DNA from: Coprothermobacterota bacterium
GTDB taxonomy: Bacteria; Coprothermobacterota; Coprothermobacteria; Coprothermobacterales; Coprothermobacteraceae
Assembly (NCBI GenBank): GCA_036679065.1
Contig: JAZIGN010000003.1
Coordinates: 96,001-160,000 of the forward strand
DNA length: 64,000 nucleotides
Direction of reading: 5' to 3'
Shown here: positions 45,034-53,988 of the stretch, piece by piece
How the letters are laid out: each line of letters opens with the position of its first letter
How positions within the stretch are numbered: position 1 is the first letter of the stretch
Position numbers and translations under genes: made by a program
Notes under the pieces: generated by a model
What the model saw: only the letters and a program-made list of their open reading frames with translations
What the model was told of the DNA's origin: nothing
Databases searched by the model: none

Positions 45034-45497
45034 TTCCTTCCCTCTTTAAAATCCAACAAATACACATAATCCTTGTCAGGTTGGAACATCACGTACTGCA
45101 CTGCTGTTCCAGTAAGTGTGTATGCATCCTTGAATGTTACTGTGACATCCCAATAGTTAACAGCGCTACATAGTCTCATTGTCTCTTCGCAATCTATCCC
45201 CTCTTGCCCCTCTTGAAGCGATAAATCGCTCTCTAAAGATCGTGACAAATAAGCAGTCACTACGATTGTACCTTGAGCAAGATCAATGCTGGTACTGGTT
45301 GCAGGGCTTTGTGCATTCACAATGAGCGTGCGCGCCACATTGAGCCCAGCCGCAAATGCCTCGTGTTTAGCAGGTAAAACCTGAATACTGCGCAGTGTGG
45401 AGGTCATCCCCAAAACAGACACATACAGAGGCACCATGAGTAGACTAAGTATGAGAACAAAAGCTAAAACCGTTATCAGTGCAATGCCTTTTTTCAT
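45030..45497 (-). CDS. PilX-like minor pilin
   Basis: KKG-IALITVLAFVLIL, lacking Glu+5. Confidence 0.75.
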   Translation of the reverse strand: MKKGIALITVLAFVLILSLLMVPLYVSVLGMTSTLRSIQVLPAKHEAFAAGLNVARTLIVNAQSPATSTSIDLAQGTIVVTAYLSRSLESDLSLQEGQEGIDCEETMRLCSAVNYWDVTVTFKDAYTLTGTAVQYVMFQPDKDYVYLLDFKEGRK

Positions 45498-46324
45498 GGG
45501 CTTGTCACCACCTTTACAGTAACGTCTTCACAAGGTGTGCCATCGACCCCGATAAGAGGGGGTATCGTAACGAAAACTGGTTGAGTCGTAGCGCTGGTCT
45601 GTATGTACAGCTCTTGGTAAACATTTCTACCATTAAGCGTTGTGCCTGTCAAACTCACAGTGGCAGTTTTTCTAACACCATTGTCGTCAATAATAGTTGT
45701 AATCGTACTTGTATCAGTCACCAGCTGCAAATCAGAAGAACCCGTAGGCCTAACACCAAACCCCAAGGCAGGATAATAAAGGTCGACTATGACGTTATTG
45801 CCGTTCCGCGTAAAACTCTCTGGCACTGGCGCGGCATTCACCAGTTTTTTGATGACCACGGTATTATCGAACCTTCTGCCGTCAGAAGAAGGTATGCTGA
45901 GGTAAAGTAACAGCAAGAATTTATTGTCAGCTGGCTGCTGAATGGACACCGAAGCTGTTTGAACTTCCAAAGTTACCGTGGCACTTGTAGCCGTGGACAA
46001 CGCCTCGGCACGTATCAATTCTTTGAAATTCACAGTATTGGACACCAGGTCTGAACCGCTCTTCTTGTACAGCGTCACCGACGGGAGGTTCTTGTCAACG
46101 CTGTAGGTGGCGCTCAGCTGGATGTCCTGCGCGTTAAGGTAAACGGCACTGTAAGCTCTTGACAAGCCAATGACATAATTAGGCAAGGCTATAAGCCGAT
46201 TTTTTACAAAGGTGAACAACCAAGTACTTGTGAAAAGCACTACAACCATCAACACCGATAGAAGTGCTAAACTAATAAGCACTTCTATGAGGGTCATACC
46301 CTTGAAACTTTTATTCCCCTTCAT
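45494..46324 (-). CDS. Prepilin-type minor pilin (PilW-like)
   Basis: KG-MTLIEVLISLALL; ATG 46324 lies 6 nt after TGGTATAAT. Confidence 0.8.
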   Translation of the reverse strand: MKGNKSFKGMTLIEVLISLALLSVLMVVVLFTSTWLFTFVKNRLIALPNYVIGLSRAYSAVYLNAQDIQLSATYSVDKNLPSVTLYKKSGSDLVSNTVNFKELIRAEALSTATSATVTLEVQTASVSIQQPADNKFLLLLYLSIPSSDGRRFDNTVVIKKLVNAAPVPESFTRNGNNVIVDLYYPALGFGVRPTGSSDLQLVTDTSTITTIIDDNGVRKTATVSLTGTTLNGRNVYQELYIQTSATTQPVFVTIPPLIGVDGTPCEDVTVKVVTSP

Positions 46325-46472
46325 GCGCACATTATACCACTAATTTTTCACAATTATTCGATAGCATCCGTACAACTTTGTTAAGTAGTCTTCTTTCAGA
46401 AAAAACTACAGTACTCATGTAAAGATGCACTATAATATAATTAATACTGGAAATTACCGAAGGAGGCTTGAT

Positions 46473-46727
46473 ATGCACGGCTGGACTGTGAAGAAGGTTT
46501 ATTTTTATGCCCTGTCATTCATACTTCTTGCCTTCATCATCTACAACGTTGGCCAAATTGTGTGGAGGCTTTCCGAGATAATTGTTCCACCTCCGATCTT
46601 GGATCTCGAAAGCAGAAAAGTCAACACTTATTCTAACTGGAGAATGATGGGAGAAAACATAGTCTATCTGGCAGTGTGCTTCCCCGTATTCTGGTACCAC
46701 TGGAAAGTAGCACGCTCACTTGAATGA
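46473..46727 (+). CDS. Small 2-TM membrane protein, paralog 1 (DUF5671-like; internally shortened)
   Basis: KKVYFY...FPVFWYHWKVARSLE; SD AGGAGG. Confidence 0.75.
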   Translation: MHGWTVKKVYFYALSFILLAFIIYNVGQIVWRLSEIIVPPPILDLESRKVNTYSNWRMMGENIVYLAVCFPVFWYHWKVARSLE

Positions 46728-46768
46728 AACACACTGCACACAGTATTAAAGAAAGGGGTGCTAAGTCC

Positions 46769-47137
46769 ATGCAAAATTGGACAGCAAAAAAGGTTTATTT
46801 TTATGGAGTTTCGCTGGTGTTACTCCTATTAATACTTTTCAATGTAGGCAGTCTTTTATGGCAGGTAGTTCAAATAACTGTTTTACCTCCCCTGACCGCT
46901 GGCACGTGGAACTACGAGGATGCAAAGCGTCAGCTACTTTGGGAAAAATACGGCACCACTGAAAACGTGACCGTCACGCCCGAGGAAGTACAAACCTTCA
47001 TAGATCAAAAAGAAAAGGAAAGCCAAAGGCTAACGCTTTATTACAACTGGCAGGTCGTTGTAAAAAACGCGCTTTACCTGGCTGTAATTGCGCCTCTTTA
47101 CTGGTACCACTGGAAAGTAGCTCGCACTTTGGAATGA
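46769..47137 (+). CDS. Small 2-TM membrane protein, paralog 2 (DUF5671-like)
   Basis: KKVYFY...NYEDAKRQLLWEKYG...YWYHWKVARTLE. Confidence 0.8.
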   Translation: MQNWTAKKVYFYGVSLVLLLLILFNVGSLLWQVVQITVLPPLTAGTWNYEDAKRQLLWEKYGTTENVTVTPEEVQTFIDQKEKESQRLTLYYNWQVVVKNALYLAVIAPLYWYHWKVARTLE

Positions 47138-47164
47138 CCATGTGCAGAAGAGGACTTGTTTGAC

Positions 47165-47533
47165 ATGGAACAGATTACTGTAAAACAGGCTTACTTCTAC
47201 ACGGTGTCATTCATTTTACTCATGATGATGCTCTACAGCCTAAACGGCCTTGTGTGGCAAGTCATTGGCATAGTGGCACCTCCACCTCTTATTCTGGGGC
47301 AGTGGGACTATGAAGATGCTAAAGGGCAACTACTTTGGGAAAAATACGGGGTAACGGAGAACACAACAGTGGCACCACAAGAGGTCCAAGCTTTCGTAAA
47401 GGAGCAGAGGGAGAAAAACCGACAATTCCAGATCTATTCTTGGTATCAGGGGGCTGCAAGAAATATGATTTCTTTGGTAGTGTGTTTCCCCGTGTTTTGG
47501 TACCACTGGAAAGTAGCTCGTAGACTGGAGTAG
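47165..47533 (+). CDS. Small 2-TM membrane protein, paralog 3 (DUF5671-like)
   Basis: KQAYFY...DYEDAKGQLLWEKYG...FWYHWKVARRLE. Confidence 0.8.
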   Translation: MEQITVKQAYFYTVSFILLMMMLYSLNGLVWQVIGIVAPPPLILGQWDYEDAKGQLLWEKYGVTENTTVAPQEVQAFVKEQREKNRQFQIYSWYQGAARNMISLVVCFPVFWYHWKVARRLE

Positions 47534-47555
47534 CTCGACAAGGAGAAGCTGTGCA

Positions 47556-47930
47556 ATGACGGAAAAACAAAAAGCAGGAATGAAGGTCTATTACTATGTG
47601 GCATCGTTTGTGCTGCTCATGTTCGTACTCTTTTATGCCAGCAACTTGGTTTCACAACTGTCTGGAATCTTAGTACAACCTCCACTGAGTCCTATTCGCA
47701 TAAACTACGAGGATGCCAAAACACAACTCCTATGGGAAAAATACGGACCTAATGGAAGCGGCAGTGTTACACGTGAGGAAGTAGAGGAGTTCATACTCAG
47801 GAGGGAGCAAGAATATAGGAAATCAGCTCTTCGCCATACCTACTCCATTATGGCGCGGAACGCAATCTACGTGGTAATCATGTTTCCCGTATACATGTAC
47901 CATTGGAAGGCGGCACTTTCACTGGAGTAG
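47556..47930 (+). CDS. Small 2-TM membrane protein, paralog 4 (DUF5671-like)
   Basis: KVYYY...NYEDAKTQLLWEKYG...YMYHWKAALSLE. Confidence 0.8.
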   Translation: MTEKQKAGMKVYYYVASFVLLMFVLFYASNLVSQLSGILVQPPLSPIRINYEDAKTQLLWEKYGPNGSGSVTREEVEEFILRREQEYRKSALRHTYSIMARNAIYVVIMFPVYMYHWKAALSLE

Positions 47931-48234
47931 CGACCACCTCTCGCTCCTTGCCGTCAATCACTAAAACAAAAGAAAAAGGTTCTTCACTTTCCTCAACGTG
48001 TGACAGCACCTTTGCCACATCGGAAAGAGTAAGCTGAAGCGCCACACCACCTGTTAGCTCGTACCTAATGTTTTCTCTGCCGCTCTCTTTTGCCAGCGCA
48101 TAGGAAAGGTAGAGCAGATTAACCGGAATGTGAAAAACAAAGCAAGCGTATTTGAGCTCCAGCCACAATCCAGTGAATCTTTGGAGCTCATGAGAACCCG
48201 GCAGTTTATCAAAATCCACTTCCCACCAATTCAT
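47878..48234 (-). CDS. Hypothetical protein
   Basis: 118-aa ORF with SD GAGGAG; its 3' end overlaps paralog 4 convergently. Confidence 0.6.
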   Translation of the reverse strand: MNWWEVDFDKLPGSHELQRFTGLWLELKYACFVFHIPVNLLYLSYALAKESGRENIRYELTGGVALQLTLSDVAKVLSHVEESEEPFSFVLVIDGKEREVVATPVKVPPSNGTCIRET

Positions 48235-48270
48235 ATTAAACTCCTCTTCGCCCCATTTCTTACTACATTG

Positions 48271-48298
48271 TGCAACTTCCCAATGCTTTTTGCAGTAT
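48271..48298 (+). promoter_or_regulatory. Candidate ECF-sigma (SigW/SigV-like) promoter of the pspC operon
   Basis: TGCAAC-N17-AGTAT upstream of an operon that encodes an ECF sigma factor. Confidence 0.5.
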
Positions 48299-48336
48299 AT
48301 TAAGTAGCAAGCAGAAAGAAAGTGAGGTGTTCATAG

Positions 48337-48543
48337 TTGAAAAGACTTTACCGCAGTAGAACTGACAAGGTTCTCGGCGGGGTTGTGGGCGGTCTCAGGG
48401 CTTACTTCAATTTGGATGTGGATACCAACCTTTTAAGGCTGATCACAGCTGGGCTTACCTTGGTTATGCCTTTGTTAGCGGCGCTCTACATCATTGCTTG
48501 GATCATTGTACCAGTGGAACCCGTGGGAGGAACTTATGAGTAA
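48337..48543 (+). CDS. pspC: PspC-domain protein
   Basis: KRLYRSRTDKVLGGVVGGL..YF...LLRLI...YIIAWIIVP. Confidence 0.9.
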   Translation: MKRLYRSRTDKVLGGVVGGLRAYFNLDVDTNLLRLITAGLTLVMPLLAALYIIAWIIVPVEPVGGTYE

Positions 48544-49075
48544 TAATGGCGGCAGCAAGAAGCTATACAGGAGCAGAAAAAACCGTATCATAGCAGGTGT
48601 TCTTGGTGGACTTGCAGAGTACCTGCAAGTGGATGTGGTGCTGTTGCGCATTGTTTACCTACTGCTCATGTTCTTCGGGAATTTCACGTTTTTTACCATT
48701 CTTTACATAATCGGTTGGGTGATCATACCCGAGCAGCCCAAAGTTTCAGCCACATTGGACGGTACCTCAGTGGAAGGTTATGTGGGTGACGTCTATTCTT
48801 CGTACTCAGACGTAAGCGGTAGCAGTTCAGCAGAAACTGGTGAGCAGCATGTAAGCGGTAAGGTGGTTCTTGGTGCCATATTACTGGTCATAGGCGCTGT
48901 TATCCTGTTTAAGAACCTTTCTTCCTACGCCATCATCAGTATTCCGCGTTGGATAATACCCTACTTTGAAATGGCACGTGCCCTTGCACTTCCCGTTTTG
49001 CTCATCGTGATCGGCATAGTACTGCTAATCAGCCACAACCAGACAAAGCACCAAGGCGGAGGAACGGATAGATGA
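48536..49075 (+). CDS. PspC-domain protein with C-terminal TM hairpin (DUF5668-like)
   Basis: KKLYRSRKNRIIAGVLGGLAEY, then GAILLVIGAVIL...PVLLIVIGIVLL. Confidence 0.88.
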   Translation: MSNNGGSKKLYRSRKNRIIAGVLGGLAEYLQVDVVLLRIVYLLLMFFGNFTFFTILYIIGWVIIPEQPKVSATLDGTSVEGYVGDVYSSYSDVSGSSSAETGEQHVSGKVVLGAILLVIGAVILFKNLSSYAIISIPRWIIPYFEMARALALPVLLIVIGIVLLISHNQTKHQGGGTDR

Positions 49076-50208
49076 TGGTGTGGACAGCTAACCAGTTTTT
49101 TGCAGTGATTTTTCTTGTTTGGTTACTGGTGCTTTTTGTACAATCACTGCTGGGTTTGTTTAGGGTTAGACTGGCCACTGCACAGTTATTTGGGTTAATC
49201 TTAGTGATTTGCGGAGTTTTTTGGATACTGTATGTTTTACCTAATAGCCCCCTGCAAGAGTATGTAGCACACTCTGCCCTCCCCGATCCTTGGTATCTAC
49301 TGGGTGGGCTACTCATTACCTATGGTGTAAGGTACTTAATGCCTGCACCGACCAAAGACATCGTAGCCGCACTGCTGTGTGTGGCTGTGGTGATTGGTGG
49401 ATTTTACATTTTTAAGACGCTCACACCTCCCCAACCTCAGTGGCAGGGACAACAACAGCAACAGCAGCAACAACAAGGGTCTGGTTACAATGACACCCCC
49501 GCAAGAAAAGGTAACCGCCCCTTCCCTGCCCCCCTGAAAATATACGGCCTCCGCTCAACCCCATTGGAGGCACTGACATGGGCAGAAGAAGAAACATCTT
49601 CTGCCCTGTCATTTCATTTGGATTTTGGCTCTCTTTACGTAGGACAACAACCTTCAAAAACACATGGCTTTGGTACTTATCAATATGTGTTTAGAAAAAG
49701 TGCAACAGGCACGTATGAGCTTACCCCACAAGGCGGGCGTGAAGGCAATGGAGCACTGTTTCTAAGCTCAGAGGTTAAATCCGTGGACATTGCAGCCAGT
49801 TATGGCTCTCTGTATGTGGAAGTTACTCAGCCCATGCACTCAGTTTTGGTGGATTCACGCATGGGCGATATAACCATTGATAGTGCTGCAGAGATTGAAG
49901 CTATCATACTAAAGAGCTACGCAGGCAACATAAACTTGGCACTGAACCAGCATGTTAAAGACATAAGTGTGGACAGCAGAGCAGGAAACATAAATGTGAG
50001 CACGTCCACGGTAGTGGATATGATCACCGTTAAAGCTTCAGCCGGCAACCTCGTCATGACAGTACCCGAGGGTGTAAAGGTGGAAGTGGAAAACGTGGGT
50101 GCCGTTGGCAGATTTAACAATGATTCTGACCCCCAGGGATATAATGGAACCATGAAACTGCACCTGGACATGAAAATGGGTAATGTGGACATAAGGCAAT
50201 GGCCATGA
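49072..50208 (+). CDS. Membrane protein with poly-Gln linker and C-terminal beta-repeat (DUF4097/LiaF-like) domain
   Basis: Four TM helices, a Q9 linker, and repeats SRMGDI, SYAGNI, SRAGNI, ASAGNL and MKMGNV. Confidence 0.75.
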   Translation: MMVWTANQFFAVIFLVWLLVLFVQSLLGLFRVRLATAQLFGLILVICGVFWILYVLPNSPLQEYVAHSALPDPWYLLGGLLITYGVRYLMPAPTKDIVAALLCVAVVIGGFYIFKTLTPPQPQWQGQQQQQQQQQGSGYNDTPARKGNRPFPAPLKIYGLRSTPLEALTWAEEETSSALSFHLDFGSLYVGQQPSKTHGFGTYQYVFRKSATGTYELTPQGGREGNGALFLSSEVKSVDIAASYGSLYVEVTQPMHSVLVDSRMGDITIDSAAEIEAIILKSYAGNINLALNQHVKDISVDSRAGNINVSTSTVVDMITVKASAGNLVMTVPEGVKVEVENVGAVGRFNNDSDPQGYNGTMKLHLDMKMGNVDIRQWP

Positions 50209-50645
50209 TTAATGAGGTAGAAAGAGCATTCGAGCTCTACGGCAAGAGGCTTTACGCTTACATGCGGCGTCTGGGGCTTTCTGAGGTGGAAGCCGAAGAC
50301 GGAGTGCAAGAAGTATTCATCAGAGCCATGCGTTCCAGCATAGATTGGTCTTCGCCCAAGGGCTACTTGTTCAAGATTGCCCACAACTGGGCCATGGACG
50401 TCCTTAGGAGCAGGATGCCTTTAGTGGACGAGGAAAACGGTTATGAACTGTCCGCTGGCAAAGATCACTTTGAGGACGTGCATCTGCTTTTGCAAAGCCT
50501 GAAAGAAGAAGAACGCAGTGTTCTATTGCTGCTGTACCAGGAAGGTCTTTCTTACCGTGAAGTAGCTGAGCTCACTGGAAAACCAGAAAACACCATTAAG
50601 AGTATTGTCCACAGAGCCAAAGAGAAGCTAAGGAAGGAGGTGTAA
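50199..50645 (+). CDS. ECF RNA polymerase sigma factor
   Basis: AEDGVQEVF, GYLFKIAHN..MD..R and EGLSYREVAELTGKPENTIKSIVHRA. Confidence 0.93.
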   Translation: MAMINEVERAFELYGKRLYAYMRRLGLSEVEAEDGVQEVFIRAMRSSIDWSSPKGYLFKIAHNWAMDVLRSRMPLVDEENGYELSAGKDHFEDVHLLLQSLKEEERSVLLLLYQEGLSYREVAELTGKPENTIKSIVHRAKEKLRKEV

Positions 50646-50653
50646 AAAGAACC

Positions 50654-50908
50654 GTGGACGACCTGGATTTTATCGACTTAATCAGTGTGGCAGAATACAG
50701 CGAAGAGTGGGAGAAGAAAAAGAAACCCATTCAAAAGAAAATAAGAAGGTATTACCTGCTTCATGAAGTGGGTGTGAAGGGTTTATTCCTGTCCGCGGCG
50801 GGTGCCGTTTTGCTGCTGCAGTACACCCCCTACAGCTACCTGCTCACCTTCCCGCAGTGGCTGGCAAACTTCCTCACCTCCATGCTTTTACCTGCTTTAG
50901 GCTTGTAA
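50654..50908 (+). CDS. Putative small membrane anti-sigma factor
   Basis: Directly follows the ECF sigma gene; charged N-terminus plus TM helix. Confidence 0.55.
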   Translation: MDDLDFIDLISVAEYSEEWEKKKKPIQKKIRRYYLLHEVGVKGLFLSAAGAVLLLQYTPYSYLLTFPQWLANFLTSMLLPALGL

Positions 50909-50962
50909 AAACCTGTAAGTTCAAAGGCTCCACTTTTGCTTTTGTGTTATACTTTTTAACGT

Positions 50963-51349
50963 ATGAAAGTTTGTGTAACCAAAGCCTTCACCTTTGATGC
51001 AGCCCATAATTTGATAAATTACAAAGGCAAGTGCGAAGCACTACATGGCCATACTTACCGCTTGGAAGTAACCGTTTGCGGCACACCTAATGAGCTTGAG
51101 AACGGCTTGCTGATGGATTTTGGTGACCTAAAAAACTTAGTTAACAAGGAAGTGCTTTCCAAACTTGACCATTCTTACCTAAACGACCATTTTGAGCAGC
51201 CCAGCACTGAACTTATCGCCATGTGGATATTTGAAACCCTTAGGCCCCACGTGGAAAAACTTGGTTTGACGCTAACTTCGGTTAAGCTTTTTGAGACAGC
51301 AACCTCATGGGTAGAAATAAGAGAAGAAACACAGGGAGACAATGAGTGA
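50963..51349 (+). CDS. queD: 6-carboxytetrahydropterin synthase / PTPS family
   Basis: [20 protein letters not shown] and PSTE. Confidence 0.9.
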   Translation: MKVCVTKAFTFDAAHNLINYKGKCEALHGHTYRLEVTVCGTPNELENGLLMDFGDLKNLVNKEVLSKLDHSYLNDHFEQPSTELIAMWIFETLRPHVEKLGLTLTSVKLFETATSWVEIREETQGDNE

Positions 51350-52163
51350 CATGCGTGATGTGCAAAGCGAACGTGACCCGCGTAACGTACCCCTGGATTA
51401 TGTAGGCATTGAGAATGTGCGACTGCCCATAACAGTGCGTACCAAAGAAGGCGGTAAGCAGCCCACAGTGGGAACCTTTGCCATTGGAGTGGATTTCCCG
51501 CACTCTTTTCGGGGCACTCACATGTCACGGTTCATGGAAGTCCTGTATAAGCACCAGGAAGAGATATCTCAAACCCGCCTAAAAGTGACCCTGGAAGACA
51601 TAAAAGAACGCTTGAAAGCAACGAAAGCCATGATTGAAGTGGCATTTCCCTTCGCCATAAAGAAAAGTACCCCAGTAACAAAATTGGACACCATCATGTA
51701 TGTGGATGCTTCCTTCAAGGCAGAGCTTAATTCCACAACCTACTCGGTGACATCAACCGTAACCGTGCCAGTTCATTCACTGTGCCCCTGCTCGCGGGAC
51801 ATAAGCGATTTTGGCGCACACAACCAGCGTGTGGATGTTACTGTTAGCTGGCAAGGTGATCTTTGGATTGAAGATGTCATAGCACTCATAGAAAGCAGTG
51901 CTTCGCAGCCTCTGTATCCCCTGCTAAAGAGACCTGATGAAAAATACGTCACAGAAAAAGCCTATTTGAACCCAAAGTTCGTAGAAGACATTGCCAAAGA
52001 TCTGTTTTTGAAACTGGATCCTTTATCCCCTTGCTTTCGAATAAAGGTGGTCAGCTACGAGTCCATACACCCGCACAATGCCGTTGCCATTAAAGAGAAA
52101 AGAGCGGAAGTATCGGAGTCATCAGTAAGGTCAAATGATCAAGAACATAGGGATTGTACTTAA
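51342..52163 (+). CDS. folE2: GTP cyclohydrolase IB (FolE2/MptA family)
   Basis: [36 protein letters not shown] and ESIHPHNA. Confidence 0.95.
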   Translation: MSDMRDVQSERDPRNVPLDYVGIENVRLPITVRTKEGGKQPTVGTFAIGVDFPHSFRGTHMSRFMEVLYKHQEEISQTRLKVTLEDIKERLKATKAMIEVAFPFAIKKSTPVTKLDTIMYVDASFKAELNSTTYSVTSTVTVPVHSLCPCSRDISDFGAHNQRVDVTVSWQGDLWIEDVIALIESSASQPLYPLLKRPDEKYVTEKAYLNPKFVEDIAKDLFLKLDPLSPCFRIKVVSYESIHPHNAVAIKEKRAEVSESSVRSNDQEHRDCT

Positions 52164-53046
52164 CCCCACAGCCGGCAGGGGTAAAGCCGGGCGCATTTTT
52201 CCGCAAGTTCTTTCCATGCTCCATGAGGTTGGCATAAAAACTTTGGTAGAGATTACGGAACTCCCAGGCCATGGTGCCGAGCTTGCAGCCAGATTAGCAC
52301 GAAAAGGTGTTGATGCCGTAGTAAGCGCTGGCGGAGATGGCACGTTAAACGAAGTACTTAACGGACTGGCAAATTTGAACTTTCCCGTTCCCATGGGAGC
52401 TCTTGGCATTGGTACAGGCAACGATTTTCTAAAAAGCGCCGGAACTGCAAAAGACTTACTAAAGCAGGTGGAAGTTATAAAGCAGGGTAATATCAAACTC
52501 TTGGATTTGATGCGCATTACCTACTGCGACTTTGGAGGCCAGACAGCCCTTAGGTATTCCATAAATGATTTCGGGGTGGGCTTTCCAGCCAAAGTGTCTT
52601 TTAGGGTAAACAACATGAAAGGTGCGCTGAAGGGGGCTTGGAGCTATGCAGCTGCAGTTATCACTGAAATCAGGCTTAATAAACCCGTACAGCTTAAGCT
52701 GGAAATGCCTGAAGGATCATTCCAAGGCTTTTACAACATGCTTTTTGCAATGATTGGTCAGTATGTGGGAGGCGGCATAAAAATAGCGCCCATGGCAGTT
52801 GTTGATGATGGTTACATGGACGTGCTGTTTGTGGAACGATTAACACGATGGGAAACCTTGAAGCTGCTGCCAAAAGCCTTTAAAGGTACACATTTACCAC
52901 ACCCCAAGGCTACGCACATAAGAACACGCGAGCTGAGTGTAAATGATACTCAAGAGCTGGTTTACGTGCAGGGTGAAGTCATAGGGTTCACACCTGCACA
53001 CATTGAGCTGTTGCCCCAAAAGGTGCCCTTTCTTTGGCCCTCGTAG
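52135..53046 (+). CDS. Diacylglycerol/lipid kinase family (YegS/BmrU-like)
   Basis: [14 protein letters not shown] and GTGNDF. Confidence 0.92.
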   Translation: MIKNIGIVLNPTAGRGKAGRIFPQVLSMLHEVGIKTLVEITELPGHGAELAARLARKGVDAVVSAGGDGTLNEVLNGLANLNFPVPMGALGIGTGNDFLKSAGTAKDLLKQVEVIKQGNIKLLDLMRITYCDFGGQTALRYSINDFGVGFPAKVSFRVNNMKGALKGAWSYAAAVITEIRLNKPVQLKLEMPEGSFQGFYNMLFAMIGQYVGGGIKIAPMAVVDDGYMDVLFVERLTRWETLKLLPKAFKGTHLPHPKATHIRTRELSVNDTQELVYVQGEVIGFTPAHIELLPQKVPFLWPS

Positions 53047-53070
53047 ATTACATATGTACTTGCAGTACGC

Positions 53071-53541
53071 TTACTTCTCAACAGGAGTAACAGTAAGCTG
53101 AGTTACGCGTCCGTACACCGCCCAGTCTGGGCCTTCCAGCGTGAGTGAACGCCCCACAACTATGCGCTGCTTCGCCATCACAGGAACGTCATCGTAAAAA
53201 GGCGCAATGGTCTTTATTGTAACAAACATGGTATAACGCTGCGGGTCAGGACTGTAAACCACATTACCCTGTTCATCCTGTGTTCTGTACATGAAAGGCA
53301 TGTAGGTAGCAGTAACCACTTCAAAGTATGGCTTTTTGTAACGGTCCAGCAGAAGATCACCGGGTTTCGGAGCTGAAGCCACTTCATAAGCCACATCATC
53401 GGATCTAACCACTGCCACAGCGGTTTTTGCAGTGAGCCCACGGTTGACGCCTGCATGCAAGTACCAAGCAACCAGTACCAGCACTGCTACAAGTACTAAA
53501 GCAATAAACCACCTATAAGGCTTGCGCACGTTCGCTATCAC
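53071..53541 (-). CDS. Membrane-anchored hypothetical protein (DUF4330-like)
   Basis: N-terminal TM helix followed by a beta domain ending QRIVVGRSLTLEG..AVYGRV. Confidence 0.55.
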   Translation of the reverse strand: MIANVRKPYRWFIALVLVAVLVLVAWYLHAGVNRGLTAKTAVAVVRSDDVAYEVASAPKPGDLLLDRYKKPYFEVVTATYMPFMYRTQDEQGNVVYSPDPQRYTMFVTIKTIAPFYDDVPVMAKQRIVVGRSLTLEGPDWAVYGRVTQLTVTPVEK

Positions 53542-53560
53542 TCCTTACTTGTGTTGTTAG

Positions 53561-53959
53561 TTATTTATCGTTGTTGCTCCAGAATCTCCAAAGTGTGGTC
53601 ATAAAATCAGAGCTGGTAGGCAACATATCCACTAGTAGAGCAACGAACAAATTTCCTTCTTCGTCCACAAAAAATTTCACCGCTTTACCGAAGAAACGGT
53701 CCATGAGACGAGCCACTTGGTCAAAAGGCAAGTCTTCGGGTGAAACCGGTTCCCCAACAAGATTTTCCATTTTTTCAATGAGATCACCCAAGGAATACAC
53801 TTCAATGTGGGTACCTTCACCGTATTCGTGCTCCAGCTCGTTCATTATGAAACTCTTAATGAGCATGATATCCACGTCATCGTACGCGGACTCGTCCCAT
53901 CCTACAGAAATGTTCTCTAAGTCTTTAAAGTCAATTTCTTTGATAACGTATTCAGCCAT
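53561..53959 (-). CDS. Acidic hypothetical protein
   Basis: Clean ORF with TATAAT just upstream; D/E-rich. Confidence 0.65.
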   Translation of the reverse strand: MAEYVIKEIDFKDLENISVGWDESAYDDVDIMLIKSFIMNELEHEYGEGTHIEVYSLGDLIEKMENLVGEPVSPEDLPFDQVARLMDRFFGKAVKFFVDEEGNLFVALLVDMLPTSSDFMTTLWRFWSNNDK

Positions 53960-53988
53960 TATTTTCATATTATAAACCTTTAAGCGCC

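Noticed and set aside
46690..47520. Recurring 20-mer TGGTACCACTGGAAAGTAGC as a CRISPR repeat
   Set aside because: Spacing is about 400 bp, each copy encodes the conserved WYHWKVA end of paralogous genes, and no cas genes are present.
49450..49476. CAA/CAG repeat as a phase-variation tract
   Set aside because: It is a mixed-codon, in-frame poly-Gln linker; trinucleotide slippage would not shift the frame.
50963..52163. queD-folE2 as a 7-deazaguanine DNA-modification (dpd) island
   Set aside because: No dpdA/tgt-like, queC or queE genes and no mobile context in the window.
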